Source: Meyerozyma guilliermondii
Taxonomy: Eukaryota
Assembly (NCBI GenBank): GCA_051546255.1
Contig: CP128815.1
Coordinates: forward strand, 186,001 to 250,000
DNA: 64,000 bases
Reading direction: 5' to 3'
The translations under genes were made by a program, and so were the position numbers. Under the pieces are notes generated by a model that was given only the letters and a program-made list of their open reading frames with translations, was not told the DNA's origin and searched no databases. Shown here piece after piece: positions 9,384 to 20,813 of this stretch; positions within the stretch are counted from its first letter, which is position 1; each line of letters opens with the position of its first letter.

Positions 9384-11333
9384 ATGGGGCTCGGCAACTC
9401 AGACAATTCTATTGATGGTGACCTTTATGTACTGAGATTATCCTCTTATGTCAAGCAAAATGAGGCAAATTTGGCCAATGGTTTGTTATTCTTTTCCAAG
9501 AAAAAGTCAAAACAACGATCTAAACCGCTTCGTTTGAACTTTACCTTGCACCACCTCTACTATATTGCCGAGAGAATCGAATCTCTGTCGCTCGGCGTCG
9601 ATGTGGGACCTTTGAATATCACCCTTGAAAACCCCAATCATGAACCAACATTCATTTCTTTTATGGCCAACAACGCTAAATCACTGCGTAACTTTGAAAG
9701 TGACACTAGGTCCATTTCCTCGATTAACTCCATGCGGTCTATAGTGCTGACAGCATCGATGTATTGGCGAGGCTTCTCAACGACTCGCGACCCCAAGGTG
9801 ATTCAAAAGGACATTCGTTACTTATACTCGTCTTTCACCAAAATTCCCTGCTTGATCGTTTCACCACAGACGAAAATCAACAGCATTGCCGACTATGAGG
9901 AGTATCCGTGTGATACTGCCGTTCCTTTGCTCATGTTCAAGAACTTGCAAGTGCTTGAAATTTGTGACTATGACCCCAACGAACTCTTTGGGTGGGATCT
10001 ACTCAGTGAAAAGCTTCGCATTCTCACTGTGAGAAACAGTCGCATAGATGACTTGGGGCAGTTGTTGTTCCATTTGGTCATTGAAGATGCTTGTGGAAGA
10101 AGCTCTACCATTAAGAGAAGGGCACAGGATGATTCATCTTTGAGTCAGTACAAGGCCCCTACTCGCCAGCGAGCATCAACTACCGCTGCCATGTCTACTG
10201 GACCGGGATCATTGCCCAAAGACTTGAAGTTTGAAAGTAGGTTCTTGCTCCCAGCCATCGACACCACTAGAGACTACCATACCCTCCCCGATGGTAAATG
10301 GGAATTATTGAAGCAGCTTTCGGTCACGGAGACCTCAATCAAGTCTATCGACCCGTACGTGTTCAAACCACTTGCCAATTTGGTCAAGATCAATTTGTCC
10401 AATAATCTACTCGAGGCCATTCCTCTGGGCTTGGACCAATTGACCAACCTTCGTTACCTCAATCTTGCGAACAATTTTATCACCAACTTGACGAATATTC
10501 CTCATAATTTGACCCACCTCACCACCCTCAACCTCAATCATAACCAGATCACCAACTTGGATGGCCTTGAATTAATGCCCTCACTTGGAAGTGTGGATTT
10601 GCGCAAAAACAAATTGCAAGAAATTGAGGACTTGAAACCACTCATTTCTCACTTTCTCAACTTTCCCCAATCTACTTTTGACAATGTTTGCTTGATGGCT
10701 AATCCACTTCCTAAAGGCTATCGCATCGAAGTCTTTAATCTTTTAAACGGAGCAAGATGGAAAAATACTGTCAAAATTGATGATTCAAGACCTGGGTACT
10801 TTGAAAGCGCATTGCTACTTGACGCCGAAGGATCCAACCAAAAGATGGCCCAATTCATGGGAATCGAACCGAAAAGTAATCGCAATAGTTCACAGCTGGT
10901 TTCGTCCAGTCTTGCAGGAGGTTCTCTTGATACTTTGAGAGAAGAATTGAACAAAATTCTGCACCCATTACTTCAATCTGACAAATCTCATCGACGGATT
11001 TACGACCTTTCACAATCAGTTGCCCAATCTCCTCCTCCCTCATCACTCGCACTGCCAGCTACTATCACCCTGGTAGATGTAGGAAGTATTGCATCTTCCT
11101 CGACTTACCAAATTCCCTCATCTCCGCTTTCTCCAAATCAAAACCTAACTAATCAGCTGGTTACGGATTATATTTCAACTAAGCACCAGATGTCAATAGC
11201 TACAAGATCGTTACCCTCCGAGACCATCAGAAAATCTTCCGCCCAGTCCCAACTCGACTCCGAAGCAAATTCATCGGCCCCTTCAGTCAGCGTGGTAACT
11301 CCCGTGCAGGTCACAGCACGAATGAGTACCTAG
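9384..11333 (+). CDS. Leucine-rich repeat protein
   Basis: Several LxxLNLxxNxIxxL repeats (aa ~330-420) in a 649-aa ORF. Confidence 0.85.
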   Translation: MGLGNSDNSIDGDLYVLRLSSYVKQNEANLANGLLFFSKKKSKQRSKPLRLNFTLHHLYYIAERIESLSLGVDVGPLNITLENPNHEPTFISFMANNAKSLRNFESDTRSISSINSMRSIVLTASMYWRGFSTTRDPKVIQKDIRYLYSSFTKIPCLIVSPQTKINSIADYEEYPCDTAVPLLMFKNLQVLEICDYDPNELFGWDLLSEKLRILTVRNSRIDDLGQLLFHLVIEDACGRSSTIKRRAQDDSSLSQYKAPTRQRASTTAAMSTGPGSLPKDLKFESRFLLPAIDTTRDYHTLPDGKWELLKQLSVTETSIKSIDPYVFKPLANLVKINLSNNLLEAIPLGLDQLTNLRYLNLANNFITNLTNIPHNLTHLTTLNLNHNQITNLDGLELMPSLGSVDLRKNKLQEIEDLKPLISHFLNFPQSTFDNVCLMANPLPKGYRIEVFNLLNGARWKNTVKIDDSRPGYFESALLLDAEGSNQKMAQFMGIEPKSNRNSSQLVSSSLAGGSLDTLREELNKILHPLLQSDKSHRRIYDLSQSVAQSPPPSSLALPATITLVDVGSIASSSTYQIPSSPLSPNQNLTNQLVTDYISTKHQMSIATRSLPSETIRKSSAQSQLDSEANSSAPSVSVVTPVQVTARMST

Positions 11334-11516
11334 ATATTTATGATTTTACGATGCATTGACCATTAATGTTAATTTACAAGTAGTGAATACTAAATGTACT
11401 ATACACACCCAACACGTGACTCTGCATGGCCAAAAAAAAAAAATAATTTTGCAGCCATGGCTGCAAAACTCAGGGTATATATATATCCCCTGCATGTCCC
11501 ACAAAAAATCCAAACA

Positions 11517-14249
11517 ATGAGGTGGCAAATCATACCAGTAATTGGTTTTTGCATCGCGATAGCAACCCAAACGATGTTTGCGAGCAATCAATCGGAATTA
11601 CATAAACGTGGCTTGCATGAAGAAATGCCACTTTTTCAGCCCGAAGATGATAGTCCTTGCAATTTTTTCAAAGTTCAACCTTACTACCCATCACGTATGT
11701 ACCACTAGTATCAAACCTGGTATCTTACTAACGCAGCGACTACCGGCCGTCTACCTGGAGTTTGGCAAAAGGCAATTGAAAAAGCCCGCAAATTGGTAGA
11801 GAAAATGTCGATTGTTGAGAAAGTTAATTTAACAACCGGAACCGGTTGGGGGTCTGGGCCATGCATCGGAAATACCGGATCGGTACCTCGGCTTGGGATC
11901 CCTAATCTTTGCCTTCAAGATGGACCCAACGGAGTACGGTATACCGATTTTGTGACCCATTTTCCTTCGGGGCTTGCTGCTGGTTCCACGTTTAATAAAG
12001 GCTTGATTTATCTTAGGGGTAAAGCAATCGGACTTGAACACAGGCGTAAAGGGGTGAATATTGTATTGGGACCCACTGTTGGCCCCATCGGAGCCAAGGC
12101 TGCTGGAGGGAGGAACTGGGAAAGTTTTGGCGCCGACCCATATCTTCAAGGAACTGCAGGAGCCGCGACAGTCGAAGGAATGCAAGATGGAGGAGTTGTG
12201 TCTGTAGTACGCCATTTTATTGGATACGAACAAGAACATTTCCGTCAAGTTGGGGAGTGGGATGAGAATGGTTGGGATCAACAAACCTGTTCCATAAGCT
12301 CTAATATTGCTGATCGTGCAATGCATGAGGTGTACATGTGGCCCTTCGCAGAAGCCATTCGGGCTGGCGCTGGCGGGGTAATGTGTTCATACAACGCTGT
12401 TAATAATACGAATGCTTGTGAAAACTCATACTTGCTCAATTATTTGTTGAAAGAGGAAATGGCATTCCAAGGATTTGTGGTATCAGATTGGGGTGCTCAA
12501 CATAGCGGCGTGTATTCTGCATTGGCAGGTCTTGATATGACCATGCCAGGTGAGGTATCAGATAGTTGGCTTTCAGGAAAGTCTCATTGGGGACCATTGT
12601 TAACGAGGGCGATCTACAACCAAACGATACCACAGGAGCGTCTAAATGACATGGTGATCAGAATACTAGTGCCATTCCTAGCATGTGATTCAATTGATTT
12701 CCCTTCCGAAGAATCGACGCCTAATTTCAGCTCATGGACCCATCACACCTACGGGCAAGAGTTTCCTTATCAACATGCGGGACCTATTGTGCAACAAAAC
12801 TGGCACATAGAAGCACGCTCGAAGTTCAGTGACCAAATCGCCCTTAACGTAGCAAGAGAAGCCGTTGTTCTTCTCAAGAATTGCGGTCAGAATTTACCTG
12901 TGGCAAGAAGCGACGGAATTCGTAATATTCTCATAGCAGGAGTTGGAGCTGGTTTGGATCCCAATGGTTATAACTGCAAGGATCAGAGATGCGTTGACGG
13001 AACAATGACGTCAGGTTGGGGCTCTGCCGCTGTGAATAACCCTTACGTGGTTACTCCTTACGAGGCGCTTACTGAGAAGGCAAAAGAACAAGGTATTACT
13101 GTTAATTTCGCTTCAGAAACAGATGACCTTGATCAAGTGGAGCATTATTCTTCAATTGCGGACATGGCAATTGTAGTTGTACAAGCCTTCTCGGGCGAAG
13201 GTTACATTGAGGTTGACGGGAATTATGGTGATCGTAAAAACCTCACTTTATGGCATGATGGTGAGAAGTTGATTTCAGCAATCGCAGATAGATGTCAGAA
13301 AACAGTCGTTGTTGTCAACTCGGTCGGTCCCGTTCACATGGAAGAATGGGTTGACAACGACAACGTGGTTGCAATTCTATATGCTGCACCATTGGGCCAG
13401 TTCGTGGGCCAAGCAATTGCTGACGTCATATTTGGCGAAGTCAATCCTTCAGGACGCCTACCTTTCACTATTGGACGCAAGTTGCTGCACTATGTGCCAA
13501 TAGTTGATACCCTTTGCGAAGACAAAAGGCCTCAGGACAACTTTGATCGAGACATCTATCTTGATTATCGGTTCTTTGAAAAACATACCATTAAACCAAG
13601 GTATGAGTTTGGCTATGGCTTATCGTACACTTCATTTTCAGTGTCGGAGTTACAGATCACTGAAATCAACCCTCCCACAGAATATTTACCATATGCTGAA
13701 GAATATTTATCGCCTTTCCATACGATTCTAGACGATGTGTGCGACCCAGAAGATGCCTTGTTTCCGCATGAGGATTTTGACGCATATCCCGGTTATATTT
13801 ACCCATACCTTTACAATGAGCGATTGCGCAACTTCGATATTGATGAAAAATTCGATTACCCATTCGGATATTCACAGGAGCCAAGAGAGAGTCCCCCTTT
13901 GAGTGGCGGAGGCATAGGGGGAAACCCCGCCCTTTGGGAAGTACTCTATGAAGTGACTGCCAAAGTTCATAACGATGGCAAATACCAAGGCGCTTACGTT
14001 GCGCAGTTATATTTAGAACTTCCTAGTACCTTGGCAGCATCACCTCACAAGATGTTGCGCGGTTATGATAAGGTTTCTTTGCAACCTGGTGAATGCACCA
14101 CAGTCAAATTCAGACTCACAAGAAAGGATATGAGCATTTGGGATTCTCCGTCGCAACAATGGATTCTACAAACAGGCACCTACGAAATTTATGTTTCCTC
14201 ATCAAGCCGACAGATAGAGGTAAGTGGCGAGATTGATATTGGATGCTAG
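11517..14249 (+). CDS. Secreted GH3 beta-glucosidase; exons 11517-11694 and 11737-14249
   Basis: Signal peptide MRWQIIPV..., LCLQDGP, GGRNWESFG, VVSDW nucleophile, PRYEFGYGLSYT, Fn3-like tail. Splicing gives PYYPSPTTGRLPGVWQKAIEKARKLVEKM. Confidence 0.93.
11695..11736 (+). other. 42-nt spliceosomal intron
   Basis: GTATGT donor at 11695, TACTAAC at 11726-11732, CAG ending 11736. Contains an in-frame TAG. Confidence 0.9.
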
Positions 14250-14918
14250 GTGTGGCCGAAATAAATTACTCGCTTGAAAACGAAGATATGAGATAAGGAA
14301 AATTTCGGCTCACTGTGGCTATACGCAAACGGCTGTAACGGGCTACATTGTTTAGTCCGGATTAATCGATCGCTTCCGGAGATTATGCAGTACGCGCAAC
14401 TGATAACACCCGTCAAGCGCTTCTTGGCGTTCGAAATTGCGCACCAGCTAGTAGCACGTTGCATTACTTTAACAGCTGTCACGTCAGATCTTACCTGAGA
14501 AAGGCTAGAATATGTGGCGTCAACGTCATGGTTGTTCTCCGCGAGCGGCTAAACTTTCATTTTTGCAGCACCGATGCGCGCAACTTTAATTACGCTCCGA
14601 CTTTTTCCGTTGCATGGAACGTTTGTCCATGCTTGACCAATTACAGCCCTGCCGCAACGCCTCAATGGCTATGCCAGTGGTTTAAGGCGCAATCAACGTG
14701 GGCCTGTGGATGCATATATCGGGACAAGCCTGTATTGTTAAGTGTTTCGTGCTGAATATTGCGTTTCTTGGTGCCAACGGTCTGCAGGGGCCACCATGGG
14801 TGCAACTTTTGGCTAGGCGGCCAGAATCATATATCTGAAGGGGGCCACACACGGGCTAATATAACTAGGAATAAACCCTGAGAAAGCTTCACACAATTAA
14901 TATTTCAATATAATCGCT

Positions 14919-16679
14919 ATGTCTGAAGCTAATAGCATGAAAAAAGGTACAGCGGCGGTTGAGATAACCAATATCGATAGTCCGAATTTGGCCGAAAAGT
15001 TGGGGGATGCTCATATGAACATTCTTCCTGCCAGGAAAGTGATTATTTGCCTCTCTGCCTTAGCATTGGGCATGATAATTTCCTTTGCAGATCAAACTGG
15101 TGTAACTGTTGCTTTACCTCACATTGGAAAAGAGTTGCACGCAGAAACTACCATCAACTGGGCGGGAACTGCGTCTTTGCTAGCCAACTGTGTTTGCCAA
15201 GTATTGTTTGGAAGATTGTCAGATATTTTTGGAAGAAAACAGATTATGATTGGATGCTTGGCCATTCTTGTTGTAGCTGATTTGTGCTGTGGCTTTGCAC
15301 AAACTGGGGTGCAATTTTACATCTTCAGAGCTTTTGCAGGTATTGGCAACGGAGGTGTATCATCTCTTTCCATGGTCATATTGAGTGACGTTGTGACGCT
15401 AGAACAACGTGGAAAGTTTCAAGGTATTTTAGGGGCCAATGTGGGAGTTGGTAATGCTATAGGACCATTTCTCATGGCTGCATTTGTCAAACACAGAAGC
15501 TGGAGAGATTTTTACTACTTACTTGCTCCAATGGGACTCCTTGTGATTATTGCAGTATACTTTTTGGTGGAGGACAAGCAGAAGGATAGCAGATTATTGA
15601 ACTATAAGGAGAAATTCCAAAAGATTGATTACTTTGGTATACTCTTTGCAACTGCTGGGTTGACATTGTTGCTTATTCCAATTAGCGGTGGCGGGTCCAC
15701 TTACGCCTGGAACAGTCCTATTGTAATCACAATGTTTGTTGTTGGAGGGGTTTTGATGATTGTTTTTCTTTTGATTGAGTGGAAGGTTCCACAACTCCCA
15801 ATGATTCCCCTTTATATCTTCAAAAGAGCTCTGTTGAGTTTGCTTTTGGGATCAACCTTCTTTTTTGGAATGGCGTACTTTGGCTTCATGTACTACGTCC
15901 CCTACTATTTTCATGTTGTAAAAGGGAGGGACATCATTCATACGTCGATATTCTTATTACCACTTGTGTTGAGCCAGCTGATTATGTCGATCGTCAGTGG
16001 GCAGATAATCACACGCACTGGCCACTACATTTATGTTGTATGGGCCGGTTATGTCATGTGGTTCGTGAGTTGCGGTCTTTTGATTTTATGGGATGACAAA
16101 CTTAGCGATGGAGTCAATGTGGTTGTTCTTTTGTTGATGGGCAGTGGTGTGGGGTTCACATTTCAGCCAACTATGGTGGCAGCTCAAGCCCAATCCAAGA
16201 AAGCTGACCGTGCAGTTGTTATCTCCACCAGAAATGTTCTTCGATCTTTCGGTGGTGCTGTGGGAATTGCCATTGGATCTACTACCGTCAGCAACACCTT
16301 CTTGAATAACATATCAAGTATTGAGGAGAATAATGTGACGAATATTCCCCAAAGCTATTTTGATTTCCTTAGGAAACACATCTACCAAACCATTGATACG
16401 ACCAAATTGAACCCGCAACAAGCTGAGGTAGTCCGAAGGATGTACGTGAAGGCGCTCAAAAACTACTTTTATTTGTTGATCCCATTCATCGGGATTTGTC
16501 TCATTTGTTCTTTGTTTGTGCGGGATAGGGGATTGCAATGTATCGACGAGCCCACTAAGGAAGAACGGGATCTTGGCACTGAGATCGAGAAGACTCGATA
16601 TGCCAATTCGTCCCATGATTTAGAGTCAACAGCTGGTTCGAACGCTACCGTTGATTCTGAAGCGACTCGTACGCATTAA
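14919..16679 (+). CDS. MFS drug:H+ antiporter (DHA2, 14-TM type)
   Basis: GRLSDIFGRK motif A, many TM segments, IDYFG loop motif. Confidence 0.92.
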   Translation: MSEANSMKKGTAAVEITNIDSPNLAEKLGDAHMNILPARKVIICLSALALGMIISFADQTGVTVALPHIGKELHAETTINWAGTASLLANCVCQVLFGRLSDIFGRKQIMIGCLAILVVADLCCGFAQTGVQFYIFRAFAGIGNGGVSSLSMVILSDVVTLEQRGKFQGILGANVGVGNAIGPFLMAAFVKHRSWRDFYYLLAPMGLLVIIAVYFLVEDKQKDSRLLNYKEKFQKIDYFGILFATAGLTLLLIPISGGGSTYAWNSPIVITMFVVGGVLMIVFLLIEWKVPQLPMIPLYIFKRALLSLLLGSTFFFGMAYFGFMYYVPYYFHVVKGRDIIHTSIFLLPLVLSQLIMSIVSGQIITRTGHYIYVVWAGYVMWFVSCGLLILWDDKLSDGVNVVVLLLMGSGVGFTFQPTMVAAQAQSKKADRAVVISTRNVLRSFGGAVGIAIGSTTVSNTFLNNISSIEENNVTNIPQSYFDFLRKHIYQTIDTTKLNPQQAEVVRRMYVKALKNYFYLLIPFIGICLICSLFVRDRGLQCIDEPTKEERDLGTEIEKTRYANSSHDLESTAGSNATVDSEATRTH

Positions 16680-17004
16680 GGAGAGGTTACATGGAAATTG
16701 CGACACTTGCCATTGAAATTTTTAAGTGAAAGTGCAAACAGGATGAAGTACATGCATTATAGAGCTTGCTGGTCGAGGGTACGCTGTACGTGTTATAGAA
16801 TTTAGATGTTTTTGCACCAATAGATTGATTAGATCAAAACATTATGATCATTGAGCGATACAGTCAATTTTCAATGTGAATGCAAATGCAGATTCAGCAT
16901 TGACCTTAGAATTACCTGCGTAGTACTTTTGGTATACTTCAAAAACAGAATCAAAATCTCAAATTTCGCACAGTTTCGCATTCGCGTGTTTTGCATTTGC
17001 AACT

Positions 17005-18672
17005 ATGGGCACGTTGAACGACCGCTACGAGCGTGTCAAGCGAGATAGACTACGTCTGAGTCCTCGAAGGTATCACAGAGCCCCCACTGATTATACTAGT
17101 AGCTCCAAAACGGTTCCAAATGACGCAAATTTGCGAAACAATTCAAATCAATACAACAACATCGACAAGTACAATCCGGCCAGCGCCAATTTACGGAGAA
17201 ATAACTCATACTCAGAGGACTATAGAACCTCCAAAACCAGCCTGAACCATAACAGACACTTGGATGATGATCATGTACCGAAAAATGTTGATTTCGCATA
17301 CAATTCAACTCACGACGAGAGAGGAAATCATAGATCAACAAGCCGTTATAGTCCATATCGTTCGTCCAGAATACGCCATAGTCCTCTCAGAGGCGAGAGT
17401 TCTGCTTATGAACCTAGAGAAAGCAATATGGAGACTCAATCGCTGTTCAGGTCCCTGCTACCGTCACTGCTCTACTTGTATAAATCGCCCAAGCGAGACG
17501 AATACGATCAACCAACCCAGAATAAACCCTCGGGATTCTCTCGATTAAGAGGTTACTTGAGTAAATTGGCTTTTCCTCAGAACCGTCCCGTTGAAGAACA
17601 ACTTGCTCGTTTTCGGTCCACGCCTGAAATAAAGGAGACTTCGATTCCAACATTCAAAGCACCCTCTCCAAAATTAGTACCGGGAACATTTGAGACTCCG
17701 AAACGTGACATCGACTACGACTTGAAATTGCAAGAACTTAGGAAGCAAATTGCTGCCGAGCGCAGTGCCAGCCATGAGCACAAACAGGAACTTACGCAAA
17801 AGTTGGCCCATGTCGAAGCTCAATATAAGACCAAAATCGATAACTTGCAGAGTGAGATGCGACAGCTTAAAGACACCAATATCAATTCTACTCACTTTCT
17901 TCAACTCGAAAATGAACTTAAGCGGGAACGGCGACTACTTGAAGAATCTCAGAAGCAATATAGTTTGAGCGTATCTCAAGAAAAGTACCGACTTGAAAGC
18001 TTGAATAAAAAACTCGAGGAACAAACCCAGGAATTAGACCGACGCTTGGCTCAGCTAGAACGTATCAAAAGGCGACATCGAGACCGGCCCAGAAGAACCA
18101 AAGCCGTCAAGATCGACTCGTCTCCAATTTACAATCTCATACTAGAAAGAGAGAAAACCAGTGACGATCTAGAAGCAACTCGACAGGAATTCAAAGCGTT
18201 TTTGCTCAAAATTAAATCCACCACGTCGCCGTCAGCCACACAAGATACTCTTGTGAAAGAAATTACCAGTAGCTTGATCGATGAGACTGAACCAGCTCGC
18301 TACACATCCATGGCATCAAAGATAGCAGAATACAAAGATTACTTTGATAAGCTTGACGGCATGAAAAACCTCGAAGAGGAGCAAGAATACGGTTTCGAAT
18401 CCGTCAAGTGGATCCAGCTGTTGTTGCAAAGGCTTAATGCTACTCTCGAGAAGTCGTACCTGCAAAAGCAAAAGAAGGTTGAATCGCTTTCCAATGATAT
18501 CAACTTTCTTAAATTTCAGACTTCTACTGGCAAAAGTTTGGAGAATTACCGACGTCTTTCCATCTGCTACCGTCACAAATGTGAGCGGCTAATCGATATG
18601 AAATATTTGCTTGAACATCGCATCTCATTGGAGAAGCTATTACGACAAGTGCAAGCGATCTACAGAGAGTAG
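17005..18672 (+). CDS. Coiled-coil protein with SP/TP-rich disordered N-terminus, function unknown
   Basis: 555-aa ORF with an E/K/Q/L-rich heptad central region. Confidence 0.8.
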   Translation: MGTLNDRYERVKRDRLRLSPRRYHRAPTDYTSSSKTVPNDANLRNNSNQYNNIDKYNPASANLRRNNSYSEDYRTSKTSLNHNRHLDDDHVPKNVDFAYNSTHDERGNHRSTSRYSPYRSSRIRHSPLRGESSAYEPRESNMETQSLFRSLLPSLLYLYKSPKRDEYDQPTQNKPSGFSRLRGYLSKLAFPQNRPVEEQLARFRSTPEIKETSIPTFKAPSPKLVPGTFETPKRDIDYDLKLQELRKQIAAERSASHEHKQELTQKLAHVEAQYKTKIDNLQSEMRQLKDTNINSTHFLQLENELKRERRLLEESQKQYSLSVSQEKYRLESLNKKLEEQTQELDRRLAQLERIKRRHRDRPRRTKAVKIDSSPIYNLILEREKTSDDLEATRQEFKAFLLKIKSTTSPSATQDTLVKEITSSLIDETEPARYTSMASKIAEYKDYFDKLDGMKNLEEEQEYGFESVKWIQLLLQRLNATLEKSYLQKQKKVESLSNDINFLKFQTSTGKSLENYRRLSICYRHKCERLIDMKYLLEHRISLEKLLRQVQAIYRE

Positions 18673-18819
18673 AAATGTAAAATACTGTACCATACCAAGT
18701 ATTAGATACCAAGACTAATAAACCTTTAACTTCAATAAACCGTAATGAATTCTAAATTTTCAGTAACTGATCTGCACCAAAATTCAGTTCTTCTCACCAA
18801 ATTCAAATCGCGCTCTTGA

Positions 18820-18825
18820 ACGCGT
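18820..18825. promoter_or_regulatory. MCB element (ACGCGT) upstream of DPB2
   Basis: Exact ACGCGT just before the DPB2 ATG. Yeast DNA replication genes are MBF targets. Confidence 0.6.
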
Positions 18826-18833
18826 ACCCATAC

Positions 18834-20753
18834 ATGGACAGAACAGCATTGCCAGTAAAATTACAGCCGTCCACGCTTCGTCCCTTTGCATACCGTATAC
18901 TATCGAAGAAGCATGGACTCAATGTACAAACGGATGCTCTCAAAATCTTGACAGAAACCATATCTGCTCGATTTGGATCCGATTGGAAAAACCAAAATTC
19001 ACAATCATTGTTAGAGGATATTGCTAAATTATGGAAGAGCCAGGACAGAGGGCTATTTATCGATGGTCAAGGGTTGAACCAGGTCCTTAAAGATATTTCG
19101 GGCAAAAGTGAGCCTGCGCTTGCTGAAAGATCAGATACTTTGACAGACGTGGGTCCTGCTAATGGACCCTCAGAAGAAGAGATTAATTGGAAAGACTTCT
19201 TCAAAGTGATAAATCCACCACAGCAACCTAACTACCGTTTCGATCGACAAAGGAAGCAATTTTCGTTGGAAAAACCTTCCACATTGTCGGATGCTGTCAC
19301 CACTAATATCTCATACTTTAACAGCCGTTATCATTTGCTTGCTGATCGATTATCCCGCAACGAAAACTTTCAAAAATCGTCTCTAGCATCTTTTTCTGCT
19401 GCTACTCACTCGGTACAGCTGACAGAAATCACTCTAATCAAAAACGTGCTTGGTCGCGATGGGTTAAAGTTCATACTTTTCGGCCTCTTATCCAAAAATG
19501 CCAATGGTGACTACATATTGGAAGACGCCACCGATCACATCGAGCTTAATTTATCTCAGGCTCATAAAACTGAAGGTTCTTACTATTGTTCAGGAATGTT
19601 CGTTGTGGTAGAGGGCATATATTCTGCGTCTGGTGGAACCTTATCTAGTGCCAACCTTATAGGCGGATGCTTTCACGTAAGTCACATTGGACAACCGCCA
19701 GCAGAACGTAGAGATCTCAGTCTTGAAAACTTTGGCAATCTTGACTTTGTGGGGATCAACAGTGATACTTCTACAAAGTTGAATAAAACGCTTAAAAAGC
19801 GGTTGGCATCAATTGAGAAATCTCTTGTTGACCACAAGATAGTTTTTCTTGGAGCAAACTGTTTCTTAGATGATGCGAGGGTCTTGGAAGGCTTGAAGAG
19901 GTTGTTCAGTACATTTGAGCGAGACATAGTTGATGGTGAAAAAGCGCCATTGGCTATCGTTATGTATGGCTCCTTCATTTCTGGACCAATGACAGCAACA
20001 AGTACGCTGATATCAACCATTTCAAACTCGGAAAGTTACAAGAACAATTTTGATGAGTTCACATCTATCCTTTCCAAGTTCAAATACCTCATACAAGATA
20101 CAAAATTTGTCATGATACCCGGTCCGAATGATCCCTGGCAAGCAACCTACTCGCTTGGCAGTTCAAATCTTAATGCGCTTCCACAGCAGCCTATTCCATC
20201 CATTTTTGCAAGCCGTTTAGAAAGGCTTCTTCCGAAAGGTAATTTGATACTTGCCTTCAATCCACTGAGATTATGTTATTTGAGTCAGGAAATTGTCATG
20301 TTGAGAGATGATATCACACCAAAATTAAAGCGAAATGATATTGTATTCAACCACGATTTGGAATTGGAGAAGCAGAGACTCGATCGAGATATTGAGCGTG
20401 AAGCTAATGGAGGCACCATCAGTCTCGATACCATCGACACATCCGAACAACATGTCTCTACAAAAGTCAAGCAAGCACGTAAATTGGTGAAAACTTTGCT
20501 TGACCAAGGAACTCTACAACCATTTCTTCGCGATCTTCGTTTGATCGACACTACATACGACTATGCGCTTCGCATCGAACCACTTCCATCGGCAATTGTA
20601 CTCAATGACAGCACTTTCGAAAACTTTGATGTTACCTACAATGGAACTCGGGTGGTCAATGTTGGACCTCTCATGTCAACTACAAAGAAAATCAACTACA
20701 TGGAGTACTATCCTAGTAAGAAGAAGTTTGTCGTTAAAGAAGCCCATTACTGA
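18834..20753 (+). CDS. DPB2: DNA polymerase epsilon subunit B
   Basis: LRPFAYRILSKKHGLN, IPGPNDPW, NPLRLCYLSQEIV, KTLLDQGTLQPF motifs. Confidence 0.95.
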   Translation: MDRTALPVKLQPSTLRPFAYRILSKKHGLNVQTDALKILTETISARFGSDWKNQNSQSLLEDIAKLWKSQDRGLFIDGQGLNQVLKDISGKSEPALAERSDTLTDVGPANGPSEEEINWKDFFKVINPPQQPNYRFDRQRKQFSLEKPSTLSDAVTTNISYFNSRYHLLADRLSRNENFQKSSLASFSAATHSVQLTEITLIKNVLGRDGLKFILFGLLSKNANGDYILEDATDHIELNLSQAHKTEGSYYCSGMFVVVEGIYSASGGTLSSANLIGGCFHVSHIGQPPAERRDLSLENFGNLDFVGINSDTSTKLNKTLKKRLASIEKSLVDHKIVFLGANCFLDDARVLEGLKRLFSTFERDIVDGEKAPLAIVMYGSFISGPMTATSTLISTISNSESYKNNFDEFTSILSKFKYLIQDTKFVMIPGPNDPWQATYSLGSSNLNALPQQPIPSIFASRLERLLPKGNLILAFNPLRLCYLSQEIVMLRDDITPKLKRNDIVFNHDLELEKQRLDRDIEREANGGTISLDTIDTSEQHVSTKVKQARKLVKTLLDQGTLQPFLRDLRLIDTTYDYALRIEPLPSAIVLNDSTFENFDVTYNGTRVVNVGPLMSTTKKINYMEYYPSKKKFVVKEAHY

Positions 20754-20813
20754 TGTACTGCAGGTAAGCGCACACACGTCCAAGACTTACGTACATTATT
20801 GGAAGCGTCACCC

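Noticed and set aside
11394..11708. Apparent separate 104-aa gene or frameshifted GH3 pseudogene
   Set aside because: Explained as exon 1 plus the 42-nt intron.
20753..20813. Possible BET2 micro-exon (ATGTACTGCAG/GTAAGC)
   Set aside because: No TACTAAC-like branch point, and BET2 is complete from the ATG at 20814.
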